A stretch of 64,000 nucleotides of DNA from Octopus sinensis (GCF_006345805.1 NC_042998.1:19344001-19408000); one strand, 5' to 3'; positions 1-12,204 are shown, counted from the first letter of the stretch. Notes: a model not told the origin generated them from the sequence alone. Program-made: numbers and translations.

Positions 1-1650
1 ATCAATTCGCAGTTTTTAAAATTTTTTGGTGGCTTTTGGTTTTTCAATAAAATAGTTTTATTTTTTTTAATTATTCAGGGTGAGATGCAACTGATATATT
101 TCCTCGGTTAACTTTTCTCGAGGTAACTTTTCCTTACGGTGAACTGACATCCACTCCCTGCGGTGAGTGGATGACAGGGAATTTAACTCTAACTTTTCTG
201 AAGATAGTTGTATATATATATATAATGCACGTGAAAAGTGGTACAAATCGTCCTAAATGGATAAAAGGACCGACTTCAATATTTTTGTATGATTTAATTT
301 AATCATTGAATTTTTGTTCAGTTGAGATTTACAACTCATTTGAAATTTGGAAACCGACCGTAGATTGTTCGGACGTCCCTGTAAAACCAGGCAAGATTCA
401 CACATAGCACACATATGTGACAACTTTTTCCCTGCAAACCCCTCCACATCTGTATCAAAGCCTTTCTGGGTATCCGATTGAAATACACCTGTTGATCACT
501 TTGAACAACAGTAACGTCACCTTTATTTAGGAAGATTACGTTTTCGTTCGTTTTTCTAGCCACATTCTTTTAGAATTATTCCAGATATGGAAGGCACAAA
601 TGCAGGTTTAAATTCACAGGCCAAAACTATATACGATTTAAGGTGTACAGTGACGAATGTGTTTAGAAACGGAAACGGCCAATATTGATTTTGATAGACA
701 ACCATAAACAGAGTAAGTTTGATGGACTCCATATGGGTATGTAACCCTGAGTATCTTTATAATGATAAATGATGACATTTGACAAATTATAATTATCAAA
801 TGAAGTGGATTTCCAATTATGTCTTCATGAAATTGAAGTATTCAGATTGAATAGAATGCTGCCATATTGTACGTAACGCATTCTTAAAGACACTTATTTA
901 GCATAAGCGAGTAGAAAATATATATATTTTTAAATAGTTAATCATTCAATGTTATTCTTGTGGCAGATACTATTAAAACATTTTCTCTATTCGACGTTTC
1001 ATCTCTTGTTTTTCAAATATAGATTTAAAAGTACGAAGATAATTGGATGTCTAAAAGAGATTTGAGAACATAAAGTGTGATAAACCTGCACTGCAGAGTA
1101 ATGAAACCGTGGAGGACATAAACGAGTGTCAAAGTAAGCACACTGTAGTCTCATTATTTTAAACATGAAAATAATTGACTACATAAGGATATAATTTATT
1201 ATAATGATAGTCAAACGTTGGACGTGATACGAAATGTAAGAATAAGAGTGGAAACGGGGAAGATGGGTGAATAAATAAATAAATAAATAAATGAATAAAT
1301 ATATCTATCTATATATATGAATAAAAAATGGAGTTAACGCAGGTGTAATCAAATATTTTTACTTTCGACACATGTTTCGAAAATTCCACTGATACTATTC
1401 AAAAGATTAAATGGTATAAACAATGCAATCTTCTCCTCAGGAAAGTGAAAAAAACCAAACTCGTCAATAAGACATTTTAGCAAAAAATGATGGATTTGTA
1501 TAGCGATATTCAAAATATTCAACGTAAACACGAAGTTTCTACCTTTATAAACAAGGAGTTACAACACCTTTACTTGTGAGATTTTTGCTGCCCTGGTAAC
1601 TATTTATTTATTTCTTCCGTGTTAATTGTTAACAAGGCAAAAATACACTC

Positions 1651-1725
<75 letters not shown>

Positions 1726-1846
1726 CATCCATCTATCCATCCATCCATCCATCCATCCATCCATCCATCCATCCATCCATCCATCCATCCATCCATCCAT
1801 CATCCATCCATCATCTATCTATCTACTATCTATCTATCTATATATA

Positions 1847-1939
<93 letters not shown>

Positions 1940-1942
1940 TAC

Positions 1943-1992
<50 letters not shown>
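1651..1992. repeat. Compound microsatellite (TATC)n-(TCCA)n-(TA)n-(GATA)n
   Basis: Directly visible tandem 4-mer and 2-mer runs; explains ORFs 1619..1888 and 1626..1880. Confidence 0.98.
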
Positions 1993-2850
1993 GTTTCTTT
2001 ATTAGCCAAACAGGTCAGAACACAGTGGGCACAAAATACAAAGTAGAGCTTTTTTCTTTGTTTTCGAAATTAGAAAGAAAAGGGGAAAAGTAAAATTCCA
2101 ATCAAAAGTGATTGTGAAAAAAAAAAATGGTCAAAAGAGATCGTGTATCACAGAAATATCTTAAAAGTGTAAAAAGCAACATTATGTTTATCCGTGGAAA
2201 GAAAAGCCTACGGAAACGACCACGGTAACCTCAGGCACGGAAGGAATAAACACATGAGAGCAAAGTGGTCTCTCTTCTTTTTTCGATTTACAGAATCATG
2301 CTCAAAGTAGTTTCGTCATCGCACGCGCAGTCTTTGCTACATTCACCCACCTTTTATTGAAACTTTCGTGAGACAAAACTTGCCTCTCTATTCTCAATTT
2401 CCTTTTCAAGTGGTACTTGAAAACGTTGACGAACAATTGACCAAAGAGGTAATTGTTTGTCTCTAAACCTTTCACTCGAGTCCACATTCTTTCACCATGG
2501 CCAGCAGTACAATGAAGACTGTCTCGCCTTCCCGGTTAAGGAAGGTGGAGGAGCAAACCTCCGATAGACTCGGCCGACAGGCGGACTCGTCCCACACGTA
2601 ACAGCAGCCGTTCAGCATACGCCCACAGGTCCGATATTGTTGGACACCTCATGAGCGCGTGCAGGACGGTTATGTCGCTCTGGCCACATCACGAGCAAGT
2701 CAGCCCGGTGCGTCTCGAACCGTGATGTAGAGCTTATCCCGAACAGGAAATGCTTCTCGATAGCACTACTAGGCCAGGCCGGGGATCTCTGGTGATTGTC
2801 TATAGGTCCCGGCCCGAAAGTTGTCCTGAATCGAAAGTAGAGAACAATCA
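1993..2850 (-). mobile_element. Tx1/L1-clade non-LTR retrotransposon, 3' fragment (ORF2 C-terminus, decayed)
   Basis: Minus-strand translation gives a zinc-knuckle remnant TCS*CGQSDITVLHALMRCPTISDLWAYAERLL and C-terminal WTRVKGLETN...HLKRKLRIER...KRWVNVAK; 3' end AATAAAGAAAC runs into (TATC)n; similar to the copy at 15383-16575. Confidence 0.8.
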
Positions 2851-3492
2851 AGATATAAAATTAAAATTAAAAAATAGATAGTAACGATATAGAGCCATGG
2901 TATTTGTTGTATTACGAACTACGAAAGTGTCAGAAATAAAAAAGATAATGAAGAATTACAGAACAAATATTTCCTAATGCGTGAAGCAAATAATAAATAC
3001 ACATGAGAAGTAGATAAATGCAACAGCGTACTTGCAGGTTTTAACGTGTCCTGCAGCGTAAGAATAGACATATCTTTTAGCATAAGTATAGAAGGATGTA
3101 TATTATATCATAGACACATGATTCATCGTACCTTGAGAAATAAAGGGTAGGAAGAGGGCAAATTCGAAGATTACATCAGATTGAACAGAAATTTTAAGTG
3201 AAAAATCAAAAGCGCAAAACGGATTAATGGCAAGGTTTGGATAGCACAGCATAAGTAACCAAACGGTAAACTGTACGAAATGAAACGAGCACTTTACAAA
3301 TCATTAGGGATATCTTTCTTCATTCTTATCATGTGATCTATGCAGATTTCATAAATACTGTATGTGAAAGTGTTAATATTGCAGAATGATTACTAATCAA
3401 ATCTCATTGCAAAAGAAGGAATGCTATAGGAAACATGACAGACGACTGCTTCAGATTACGAGTCAAGAATGTTACTCTTTTACCGTTATACG

Positions 3493-3856
3493 CTTTTACT
3501 TGTTTTAGTCATTTGACTGCGGCCATGCTGGGGCATCGCCTTTAGTCGAGCAAATCGACCTCAGGACTTATTCTTTGTAAGCCTCGGTCTCTTTTTCCGA
3601 ACCACTAAGTTACGGCGACGTAAACACACCAGCATCGGTTGTCAAGCGATGTTGGGGGAACAAACAAAGACACACAAACATATACGCACATACATATATA
3701 CGACGGGCTTCTTTCAGTTTCCGTCTACCAAATCCACTCACAAGGCTTTCGGCCCGAGTCTATAGTAGAAGACGCTTGCCCAGAGTGCCACACAGCGGGA
3801 CTGAGCCCAGAACCATGTGGTTGGTAAGCAAACTACTTACCATACAGCCACACCTG
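3493..3856 (-). mobile_element. tRNA-derived SINE, family A (head GGCGCAGGAGTGGCTGTGTGGTAAG, tail CAGCATGGCCGCAGTCAAATGACTGAAACAAGTAAAAGAG)
   Basis: Matches multiple other copies in the window (e.g. 29080-29500). Confidence 0.92.
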
Positions 3857-4436
3857 AGGACAATTGAATTTTCAATTATTTTGTTGAGGGACAAATATCC
3901 GAATCTAATATTCAGTGTTCTGTAAAAGTACGTATAGTCATAAAACGATTTAGAATTTATGTTATTGACCGTACTTGTTTGCAGCCAATATCACGAATTT
4001 TTATCTCTGTTCTTTTAAAATTTCGATATGAAAATAAATAATTAAATTTCTAAATTGCAGAAGCAGAGGGGCGGCAAACAAATTTTGTTTAAGAGTCTTT
4101 CAACTGTGAATTCACGCCCAGTAAAATTCCTCTTCCTTCTTTACAAAGCCGGTAAAATTGTATTACCTTCGTGTAGTTTTAGATTCAAAGATATTAAGTA
4201 TACGCCGGGAGAAAATGTCTCACCATGGATATAATCGATTTTCTGCCGCTTATAAAAGAATAAAACCTTGAATGTGTTGCTTCAAGATTTATATGTCTGA
4301 CAAGTGACCTGAATTTTTGACTTTATATTTGCAATATTTATAGATGCGTATGCGTGGAACAGTTTGATCTCTTATTGCCAAAGGTATGTTTTATCTGGAG
4401 GTATAGATCTTCATATACACGATGACAAAATATAAT

Positions 4437-4510
4437 TGCTCGACTAAAGGCGGTGCTCCAGCATGGCCCCACTCAAATAACTGAAAGAAGTAAAAGAGTA
4501 AAAGAGAGTA
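4437..4510 (+). mobile_element. SINE family A, 3' tail fragment
   Basis: CTCGACTAAAGGCGGTGCTCCAGCATGGCC...GTAAAAGAG tail identical in pattern to full copies. Confidence 0.85.
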
Positions 4511-5235
4511 GAAGTGTAGCTATTTTTTCTGACTCATGATAATAATTCATTCTTGTATTGGCCACAAGCGCTTACATAAAATAACATAAAATGACAGAAT
4601 AAGACGATGCAAAGGGTTTTAAAACGTTAAAATAAAGTAACACACTAAAATAAATAGAACTCCCAGTAGGAGGCGCTTTAAAGTTACTTTAAAGCCCCTT
4701 TTATCAGACTAATGATAATAATGACATTATCCAAAAGACCACTAGTACATACATGGTTTTACGCGCGAAATACGCCTGAAGAGAGTCAATCAAGAGAGTC
4801 AGACCACACACACAAACTAACACATGCACGCATGCGCATACACACATACACACATAAAGAAGACCTTACAGTGTTTGCTATCACTCCCATTTCAGACGTT
4901 TAGGTAGAGTTATTATATGAGTTTATATTTGTTGTTGTATTTCGAAAAGAAAAAAATATACTTCTGGAATTTTGGAAGTCTAAATTAAATGTTATCAATT
5001 ATTCATAGAACAATCGAATTGTGTTTGAAAAAATTCCATTCTTGTTAGGAATTTAATTATAATTATGCAAAGAGATGTACTTTACATTATAGAAGATCTT
5101 ATAAATGTAAATTGTCTTGAAAATTAATTAAAATGCATTGCCGTATTTAGATATGGGTTTATGCATTTCGTGTTCAGATCTCACATACTCAACCAAGGTT
5201 TTATCCTTCCAGGTTGATTGAAATAATGTAAAAAT

Positions 5236-5373
5236 GGCATGTAATGAACATAATATAATCTACTTTTCATCTCCTCAAATCCTGAGAGCTTCGTCGCTCT
5301 TAAGGAATAATGTACTTTTAATGATATGAATTTCTGCCGAGTAATGATCCAGAACTTTAAGTTCGAGTTGAAA
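5236..5373 (-). repeat. Unclassified dispersed repeat, near-identical to 10475-10612 (+)
   Basis: About 138 bp reverse-complement match with about 5 substitutions by eye. Confidence 0.85.
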
Positions 5374-6297
5374 GTTATTATAGCAAGAAGGCATCGTAAA
5401 GATACTGGTAATGGCAATATGAATGCTAATGGCAAACCAATTAAATTCCATTTTAACATTCAAGAAAGTAAAAGGCGGACTAACTTACTTATTTAAACCT
5501 GATAGCAAGATTGCGATGGTTGTATTTAAGAGTCAGCCTATAGAGAAATCTAGTGGCACTTGATAATATAATCAGGGAAATGTCGAGAGAATGAGGAAGC
5601 AACAGTGTAGGGATAATGTATTATATTCAGTCAATTTAAAGTTATCCCAACAGATCTTTTGATATAATTTAGAGACATCAGTGGCAGTTGCGACGTTTCG
5701 TATACGAATGCATCTACGCAAAGTGATCAAAGATAGAAAGATAGGTAGTGGGTATACATGCCTATTTCAAAAGATATGCTCCTTCTTCATCGCCACATAT
5801 AACCCATAATTTATCCAAGTACACGTTACTTCAGTAGCTACCAAGTTCAGCATTATTGGAGTGTAGCATTATTGGAGAGATCAGTTTATATATTAAACTT
5901 ATTTCTGGCAACTGGTAGGATTTATGGAAAAATCTGTTGAAAATCTGATTCATTTGCGCTGTAAAACGTTAATATAATTCTTAGTACGTTGAGGTTTCAA
6001 AATGACATACCAGCAATTAATTACGTACCATAAGCAGCGAAATCTACATTTAATGAGACCTCACTCATCTAGAAATTGAAAGACATATCATAAGACACAC
6101 TATGTCCAAATCATATATGTCTATACTAGCAATTGAAAGCTGTATATCATATGTCTGCAAGAGGAAAGATGGACATCCAATAAAAAGGGGTCCAACGACA
6201 AGATCAGCTACAACCGCAAAAGAAGAACAAGCAAAACTATAACACAACATTCACTGGTCTGGTTTTCAATACGTTCTAAAGTATCTTCCATATTTAT

Positions 6298-6612
6298 TTT
6301 TTTTATTTATGCGCCCTTTTCAGGCATAGCTAGTCTCGTGGGCCCAATTTCCCGGTTTCTGTGGTGTATGTGTTCCCTCCAGCTGGACGGGACGCCAGTC
6401 CATCGCAGCGTTACGCAAGAAACAGGAAGAAAGGGTGGGGGAAAGTTGGGGCGAAAGAGTACAACAGGGGTCACCACCACCCCCTGCCGGAGCGTCGTGG
6501 AGCTTTAGGTGTTTTCGCTCAATAAACACACACAACGCCCGGTCTGGGAATCGAAACAGCGATCCTCCGACCGGGAGTCCGCTGCCTTAACCACTGGGCC
6601 ATTGCGCCTCCA
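6298..6612 (-). mobile_element. tRNA-derived SINE, family C (head GTGGAGGCGCAATGGCCCAGTGGTTAGG, tail GCGATGGACTGGCGTCCCGTCC...AAGGGCGCATAAAT)
   Basis: A/B-box-like head; matches copies at 18315 and 16678. Confidence 0.92.
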
Positions 6613-7070
6613 CAAGTATTTTCCATATGCTATATTTTAATGTATAGTTAAGTGGATTCTAAGAGGGTTACATATTATTTTATTATTCAACTAAACAAAT
6701 GCGCTTACTTAGGATTGAATTCATGTTTCACTTCCAAAGCGTCCAGTGTAGTAGTTATACGGCTACGTCAATTTTTTCCTGTCTCACCTGAATTTAAAAA
6801 CGAAAGCAGGTCATTTGGAATATGTAATCAATTATTCATGCTACGTCAGACAAATTCATTATAAGGGAAATACAAATTAATTAGTTGCGTCTTGTTAAGA
6901 TCGTATTAATTATATTAAAAAGAGTATGAAGCAATTCAAGGTGTGAATTGTTTCATGAACGATCGACGCATTTGCGAGCAACGATTTTAACACTATACTA
7001 AAGTTTTATATTTGCCGTTGAAATTGGGAAGTTTTCACCGTAATTTGGGCGAAATATATATAATCTTTTA

Positions 7071-7292
7071 TACTCTTTTACTCTTTTACTTGTTTCATCA
7101 TTTGACTGCGGCCATGCTGGAGCACCGCCTTTAGTCGAGCAAATCGACCCCGGGACTTATTATTTGTAAGCCCAGTACTTATTCTATCGGTCTATTTTGC
7201 CGAACCGCTAAGTGACGGGGACGTAAACACACCAACATCGGTTGTCAAGCAAAGCTAGGGGGACAAAGACAGACACACAACACACACACACA

Positions 7293-7346
<54 letters not shown>

Positions 7347-7511
7347 TACGACGGGCTTCTTTCAGTTTCCGTCTACCAGATCCACTCACAAGGCATTGGT
7401 CGGCCCGGGGCTATAGTAGAAGACACTTGCCCAAGGTGCCACACAGTGGGACTGAACCCAGAACCATGTGGTTGGTTAGCAAGCTACTTACCACACAGCC
7501 ACACCTGCGTC
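7071..7511 (-). mobile_element. SINE family A, full length with internal (CA)n/(TA)n
   Basis: Complete head-body-tail match to other family A copies. Confidence 0.93.
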
Positions 7512-7737
7512 TATATACATAAGTCTGAGTGTAACATTTGCACTCAACTCCATGTCAGGCATATAGAGGAGAAGCACTTCTCAAAATATCTTCATTGTAA
7601 GCGAGTACGAATCTTATCGTACCACAAGGTTGTATCAAACTGTGACGGAAAACATGCAACTCCCATGAATTGTCTGGAGTGCTTCTTTCCCTCGTTTGTT
7701 CACTCGCACACATATATGTATGTTCATATCAATATAT

Positions 7738-7977
7738 ATTTCTTTATTGCCCACAAGGGGCTAAACATAGAGGGGACAAACAAGGACAGACAAAGGGATT
7801 AAGTCGATAACCTTGAATCCCCCCCCCCAGTGCGAAACTGGTACTTTATTTATCGACCCCGAAAGGATGAAAGGTAAAGTCAACCTCGGCGGAATTTGAA
7901 CTCAGAACGCAACGACAGACGAAATACCGCTAAGCATTTCGCCCGGCGCGCTAACGAGTCTGCCAGCACGCCGCCTT
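7738..7977 (-). mobile_element. tRNA-derived SINE, family B (head GGCGGCGAGCTGGCAGAAACGTTAGCACGCCGGGCG, body GTTCTGAGTTCAAATTCCGCCGAGGTCGAC)
   Basis: Matches plus-strand copies at 33328 and 34236. Confidence 0.92.
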
Positions 7978-9129
7978 ATGTTCATATCCATATATATATA
8001 CACGATGGGTGTTGTAATGTCCCTGGGTTTGGGGAAAAATACAGGTGGGTCAGGTGATTATGATTTCATTCATGCTCCCACCTCAGATTCACACACTTAC
8101 TGAAGCGATACTTCAGCTTCTTTAATCCCTGTAAAATAACTCGGTAGGCCGGGCCTTCAGCCACTCCTTTCCAGGGACTTTTCAGCACCACCACTCGTTT
8201 GTGTGTGTCTACAATGTTGATATGTATGCATGCATAGTTTGGAATTTTGTATATTTACAAGGCAAAGTGTAGTTGATAGAATGCAGCAAGAAGAATGTGA
8301 AAAGATTTCTAGAATAAGAATTTGAACTGGAAGAGTGAGAGTTAAATGAACGTCAGAGTATGATCATACAGATCAATATCTGAGATAAAGAGAGTAAATC
8401 CAATTAATTTCTTACTCTGAAGGCGAGAGAGTAACGGAATTGTAATAATGCGTATCAAAATTCATAGTTTATTCAATTACCATTTTTTCTCTGATTCTCT
8501 AAGTCGGTGAAGTGTATTTGTAAATGATGTAGATTAGCAATAAAATATATGGGTATATATAATTAATTGAATATCTGTAAATCCATTATCAAAAGAAATG
8601 TTTCGCAATATAATGTCATATGATGTCTCGAGAAACAATAAAACAATGTTTTCATTATTAATAGTTATCGCCAAGCTAATATGGTAGTCCAGAAATATAG
8701 GACGAATGCTGCCATTGATTAGCTCCAAGAGGCCATCACCTCTAGCTAGCTATGTGACACACGAACGTGTGTCCATTATAATCTTCAAACAGGGGAGGTC
8801 AGCCGCTTCCCCTTGCCGGCCAGGCATCTGCAGACTACTTTCATGGTATTTGCCCCTTATCAATGCAGAGCAGCTGAATCCAGCCGAATGTTTTCATTTT
8901 TTAAAATATATTAGTCACTTTTTTTGTTTCCTACATGTTTTGTTGATTTCATTCGAAAAACCCGCCTTAGGCCTCAATCACAGCCAAGTGACGTAAGAAG
9001 CAACCACAAGCCAGGGTCATTATCTACAGCTTTAGGCCCATAAAGGCCATAAAAATCCTGACTGTCAGCTTGTCCTTTGTGTTGCAGCTGGATTTGTTAG
9101 TTGCTCGTTCCAACAGGCTCCACATTTTC

Positions 9130-9540
9130 AGGCGTGTCCGTGTGGTAGGAAGCTTGCTTCCGAACCACATGCCTCCGGATTCAGTCCCACTTCGGGCCGA
9201 CCAAATACTTCTGAGTGGACCTGGTAGGCGGAAAGTGATGGAGGCCTGTCATATATATGACATTCGTCAACACTGAGATTCACCAACACTACACCTGATT
9301 TTCTCCCCACCACACACACACAAGCATATATCTGACTCATACATTGTTCGCTTTCCAGACATTTGTACATTACTGCATATACTTTATACGCACTTTCTGA
9401 CAAGTTGTGGTGCACCTGAGCACTGTATACAATAATTTAATTATTATTATTATATACATATGCGTCTTTGTGTCTGTTTTTGTCCCCACCCCCATCGCCG
9501 TTTGACAGCCGGTGTTGGTGTACTTTCGTAACAGTAACAT
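9130..9540 (+). mobile_element. Degenerate SINE family A interrupted by an unrelated segment (about 9260-9452) ending in (TTA)n
   Basis: Head GTGTGGTAGGAAGCTTGCTTCCGAACCACATG and the later body TGTGTCTGTTTTTGTCCCC flank the insert. Confidence 0.65.
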
Positions 9541-10045
9541 AGTGTCTTTTGCTGTCCTGGAGGAAATGTGTGGGATAAAGAGTCGCTAAATGGATTACAG
9601 AATGTGTGATGAAAGAGCTTTGACAAACAAACAAAATAATGATAATGATAGTAAAGCTGAAACTAAGAGCAAATGTACAGTACGTGTGTTTAATTGGCAG
9701 GATACGACCAACCCCAACTGTAACAATGGTTTCAACAATGTGTTGGAGCACACGATTTCATAAGAAAAAATCTTGCAAAATGAATATACAAATGTATATG
9801 TGTATATGTGTGTATATGAGTTTGTATGTATGTGCGTGTGTGTTTGTGTGTGTGCATGTGCGTGTGTGACCAGAAAATTCGGTGTCGGAAAATTCGGTCC
9901 CAGCAATTAATAATAAACTACCCAAGAAAAAATTAATTAAACAAATAAGAGAAATACGTAACTAAATAGAATAATCATTTTAATGGAAAAAGTAACTGAG
10001 ACATTGCATAAATCAGCAAAAAATGTATTGATAATATTACCTTTT

Positions 10046-10358
10046 GCATTATTTACATTTGACGGATATTTGACGTAGCGGTTAAGAGCGCGGGCTACTA
10101 ACCGCAAGATTCCGGGTTCGATTCCAAGCAGTGACCTGAATAATAATAATAGTAATAATAATAATAATAATAACATCGAAAAATATCTTAGGAATGAGAA
10201 CCCAAGTTCGAAATTTCCCCAAGACACCTGATGAAGACTGGAGGGTGTATATCAGCCGAAATGTTGTGCTAACAACAAACATGATGAGGACAAAATATCC
10301 GTCAAATGTAAATAATGTAAATAATATACATAATTCCCCATCTCTTAAATATATAACT
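10046..10358 (+). mobile_element. tRNA-headed, hammerhead-bearing SINE-like element (family H), copy 1
   Basis: tRNA-like head 10072-10138 with GGTTCGATTCC B box, (TAA)n, hammerhead at 10223-10270, tail; flanked by the 12-bp direct repeat ATATTACCTTTT (10034-10045, 10359-10370). Confidence 0.8.
10223..10270 (+). ncRNA. Minimal type I hammerhead ribozyme motif (family H copy 1)
   Basis: GACAC-CTGATGA-A-GACTG..CAGCC-GAAA-TGTT-GTGCT; core intact, helix II and helix III each carry one substitution versus the sister copies. Confidence 0.65.
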
Positions 10359-10474
10359 ATATTACCTTTTATCAGGCGTATTACACAAGAAATTAAGAAA
10401 ATTGGGTCCGAGTAAATTCTGCCCCGGAAAATTCGGTCCCTGGAAATATTGATCTCAGACGTTATTAATGTATA

Positions 10475-10612
10475 TTTCAACTCGATCTTAAAGTTCTGGA
10501 TCATTACTCGGCAGAAATTCATATCATTAAAAGTACATTATTCCTTATGAGTGACGAAGCTCTCAGGATTTGAGGAGGCGAAAAGTAGATTATATTATGT
10601 TCATTACATGCC
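10475..10612 (+). repeat. Unclassified dispersed repeat (second copy of 5236-5373)
   Basis: Near-identical to the reverse complement of 5236-5373. Confidence 0.85.
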
Positions 10613-10874
10613 GTTGGTTTAACTAATCAGTATAAATAAAAAACAAATAGAATTACAATTTTATTAATAAAAATTAAAAATTCAGATGTAGCAAAATAAG
10701 GGTAACTCATATTTAAACCATCAAAAAAAAGTACATATATCATATTTCATTTTATCAAACAGATTAAACAAAAAATAAGGAAAATAGGTCTTAGAACATT
10801 CTATTCCTGAAAATTAAACTGAAGAATTTAATGAATGAGCAATTGCCTTTAGGAAATTTAATTTACAGTTACTA

Positions 10875-11704
10875 TCATAAGATTGCACAAGTTTTTTTTT
10901 TTATTCGCGTATTTATTGCCTGGAATTCTCTCTTTGTCTGTGGATTATCTCCCCTTCGAGCATGAATTATTTTGGTCTGTGTAAGCGATTCTTCTTTTCG
11001 AAGAACATCAATGTTTGAGTGCTTGCTTGTTATTGATGTACGCAATGCCGGGTGAAACCCATCAAGAACATTGTTTGTCCGAGGCAATTCCTGTAAACAT
11101 TCCAAAAATTAACTTCCACATCTTCCTCTCTTTGTTCCATATGTATATCCAATGTATATCACAAGGCTATAGCAGAAGACACTTGCTCAAGGTGCCACGC
11201 AGTGGAATGAACCCGGAACCATATGGTTGGTAAGCAAGCTACTTACCACACAGCCACTCCTGTTTGCAACCGTTGTAATTCATATTCGGATTCTCACTAA
11301 TATTATTTGTAGTTTCTGAAATGAGCACTCGAGTAGCTGTTTCAACTTTTTCCTTAATGGTGAAATGGGGAATCGTGCTTCCACTGCATTTGGTGCTGGT
11401 TCGTGATCATGACTATCGATTGTTGAAATAATTATAGGTTCACCTGGTTTCTTCTCTGTATGAACACGAAGACGACATATATTCCGAATCTTACAGCACC
11501 ACAGTTTCCTTGTCTCATCGGCGCTAAACTTATGAAAGTCATAAACATAATTAAGTTCATCAATCAATTTGTCCTTGTTTTTCTCACTTTTAAAATATTT
11601 TGCAGCCATATTAGTCTTCTGTTAAAACTGGAAATAATTGTTATCCTGTGGGCGAAATGACGTATGGACGAACGGACTCCAAAGTGGGTGAAATGACCGG
11701 ATAC
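10875..11704 (-). mobile_element. FLYWCH-type Mutator-like (MULE) transposon remnant, catalytic core deleted
   Basis: N-terminal FLYWCH-like YDFHK...LWCCKIRNICRLRVHT...HDH (11280-11609) and C-terminal RTNNVLDGFH..LR.SIT.KH.NI motif (10875-11105); terminus GGTATCCGGTCATTTCACCC at 11704. Confidence 0.75.
11150..11262 (-). mobile_element. SINE family A 5' fragment at the MULE deletion junction
   Basis: GAAGACACTTGCTCAAGGTGCCACGCAGTGG...CCACACAGCCACTCCTG. Confidence 0.88.
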
Positions 11705-12082
11705 CGATTTGAAAACTTGTCTGGGATAAAATTTATTGGGACCGAATGTTCAAAGACCGAAATTTCGGGAGAGAAATTTCGGGACTGAATTTTCATGGAC
11801 CAAATTTTCCTAGCACCCTTATAGGTATATCGTTTAATCTGTATTACTTTTCCATTATGATACAAATAAAATGAACCAAGCATCTTTTACATATTTTTTT
11901 CTTTTCTATCTTCATTTATTGAATTTTTAATTTATGAGACAGTTTATGAATATATATTGACGAACTTTTTTTTTCAATATGTTTGGGCAAACCCAGTTTG
12001 TATCTGGATTGTTTTAAATAATCCTTTACGTGGATATTGGTTCCTCAAATTTGTGAACTATACGTATACATACATACACACA

Positions 12083-12124
<42 letters not shown>

Positions 12125-12204
12125 ATATATGTATAATAAATTCAGGTGAATACTTGATAAATGTAAGCACCTGTATATGCCAGTTAGTAGCATAGGTGAT
12201 AGGC

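Larger units (their letters stand above)
9864..11818. mobile_element. Putative MULE/foldback-like element defined by inverted subterminal GAAAATTCGGTCC arrays; host to nested inserts
   Basis: GAAAATTCGGT(CC) at 9873, 9888, 10397 and 10426 (+); inverse GGACCGAA(A)TTTTC copies at 11738-11810 ending TAGCACCC. Confidence 0.5.

Noticed and set aside
253-830. Minus-strand fragments such as INRCISIGYP resembling GPCR TM3/ICL2
   Set aside because: Broken by stops in every frame; similarity is too short to support.
1360-1410. GAAACATGTGTC on the minus strand resembling a Penelope hammerhead 3' half
   Set aside because: No CUGANGA core upstream.
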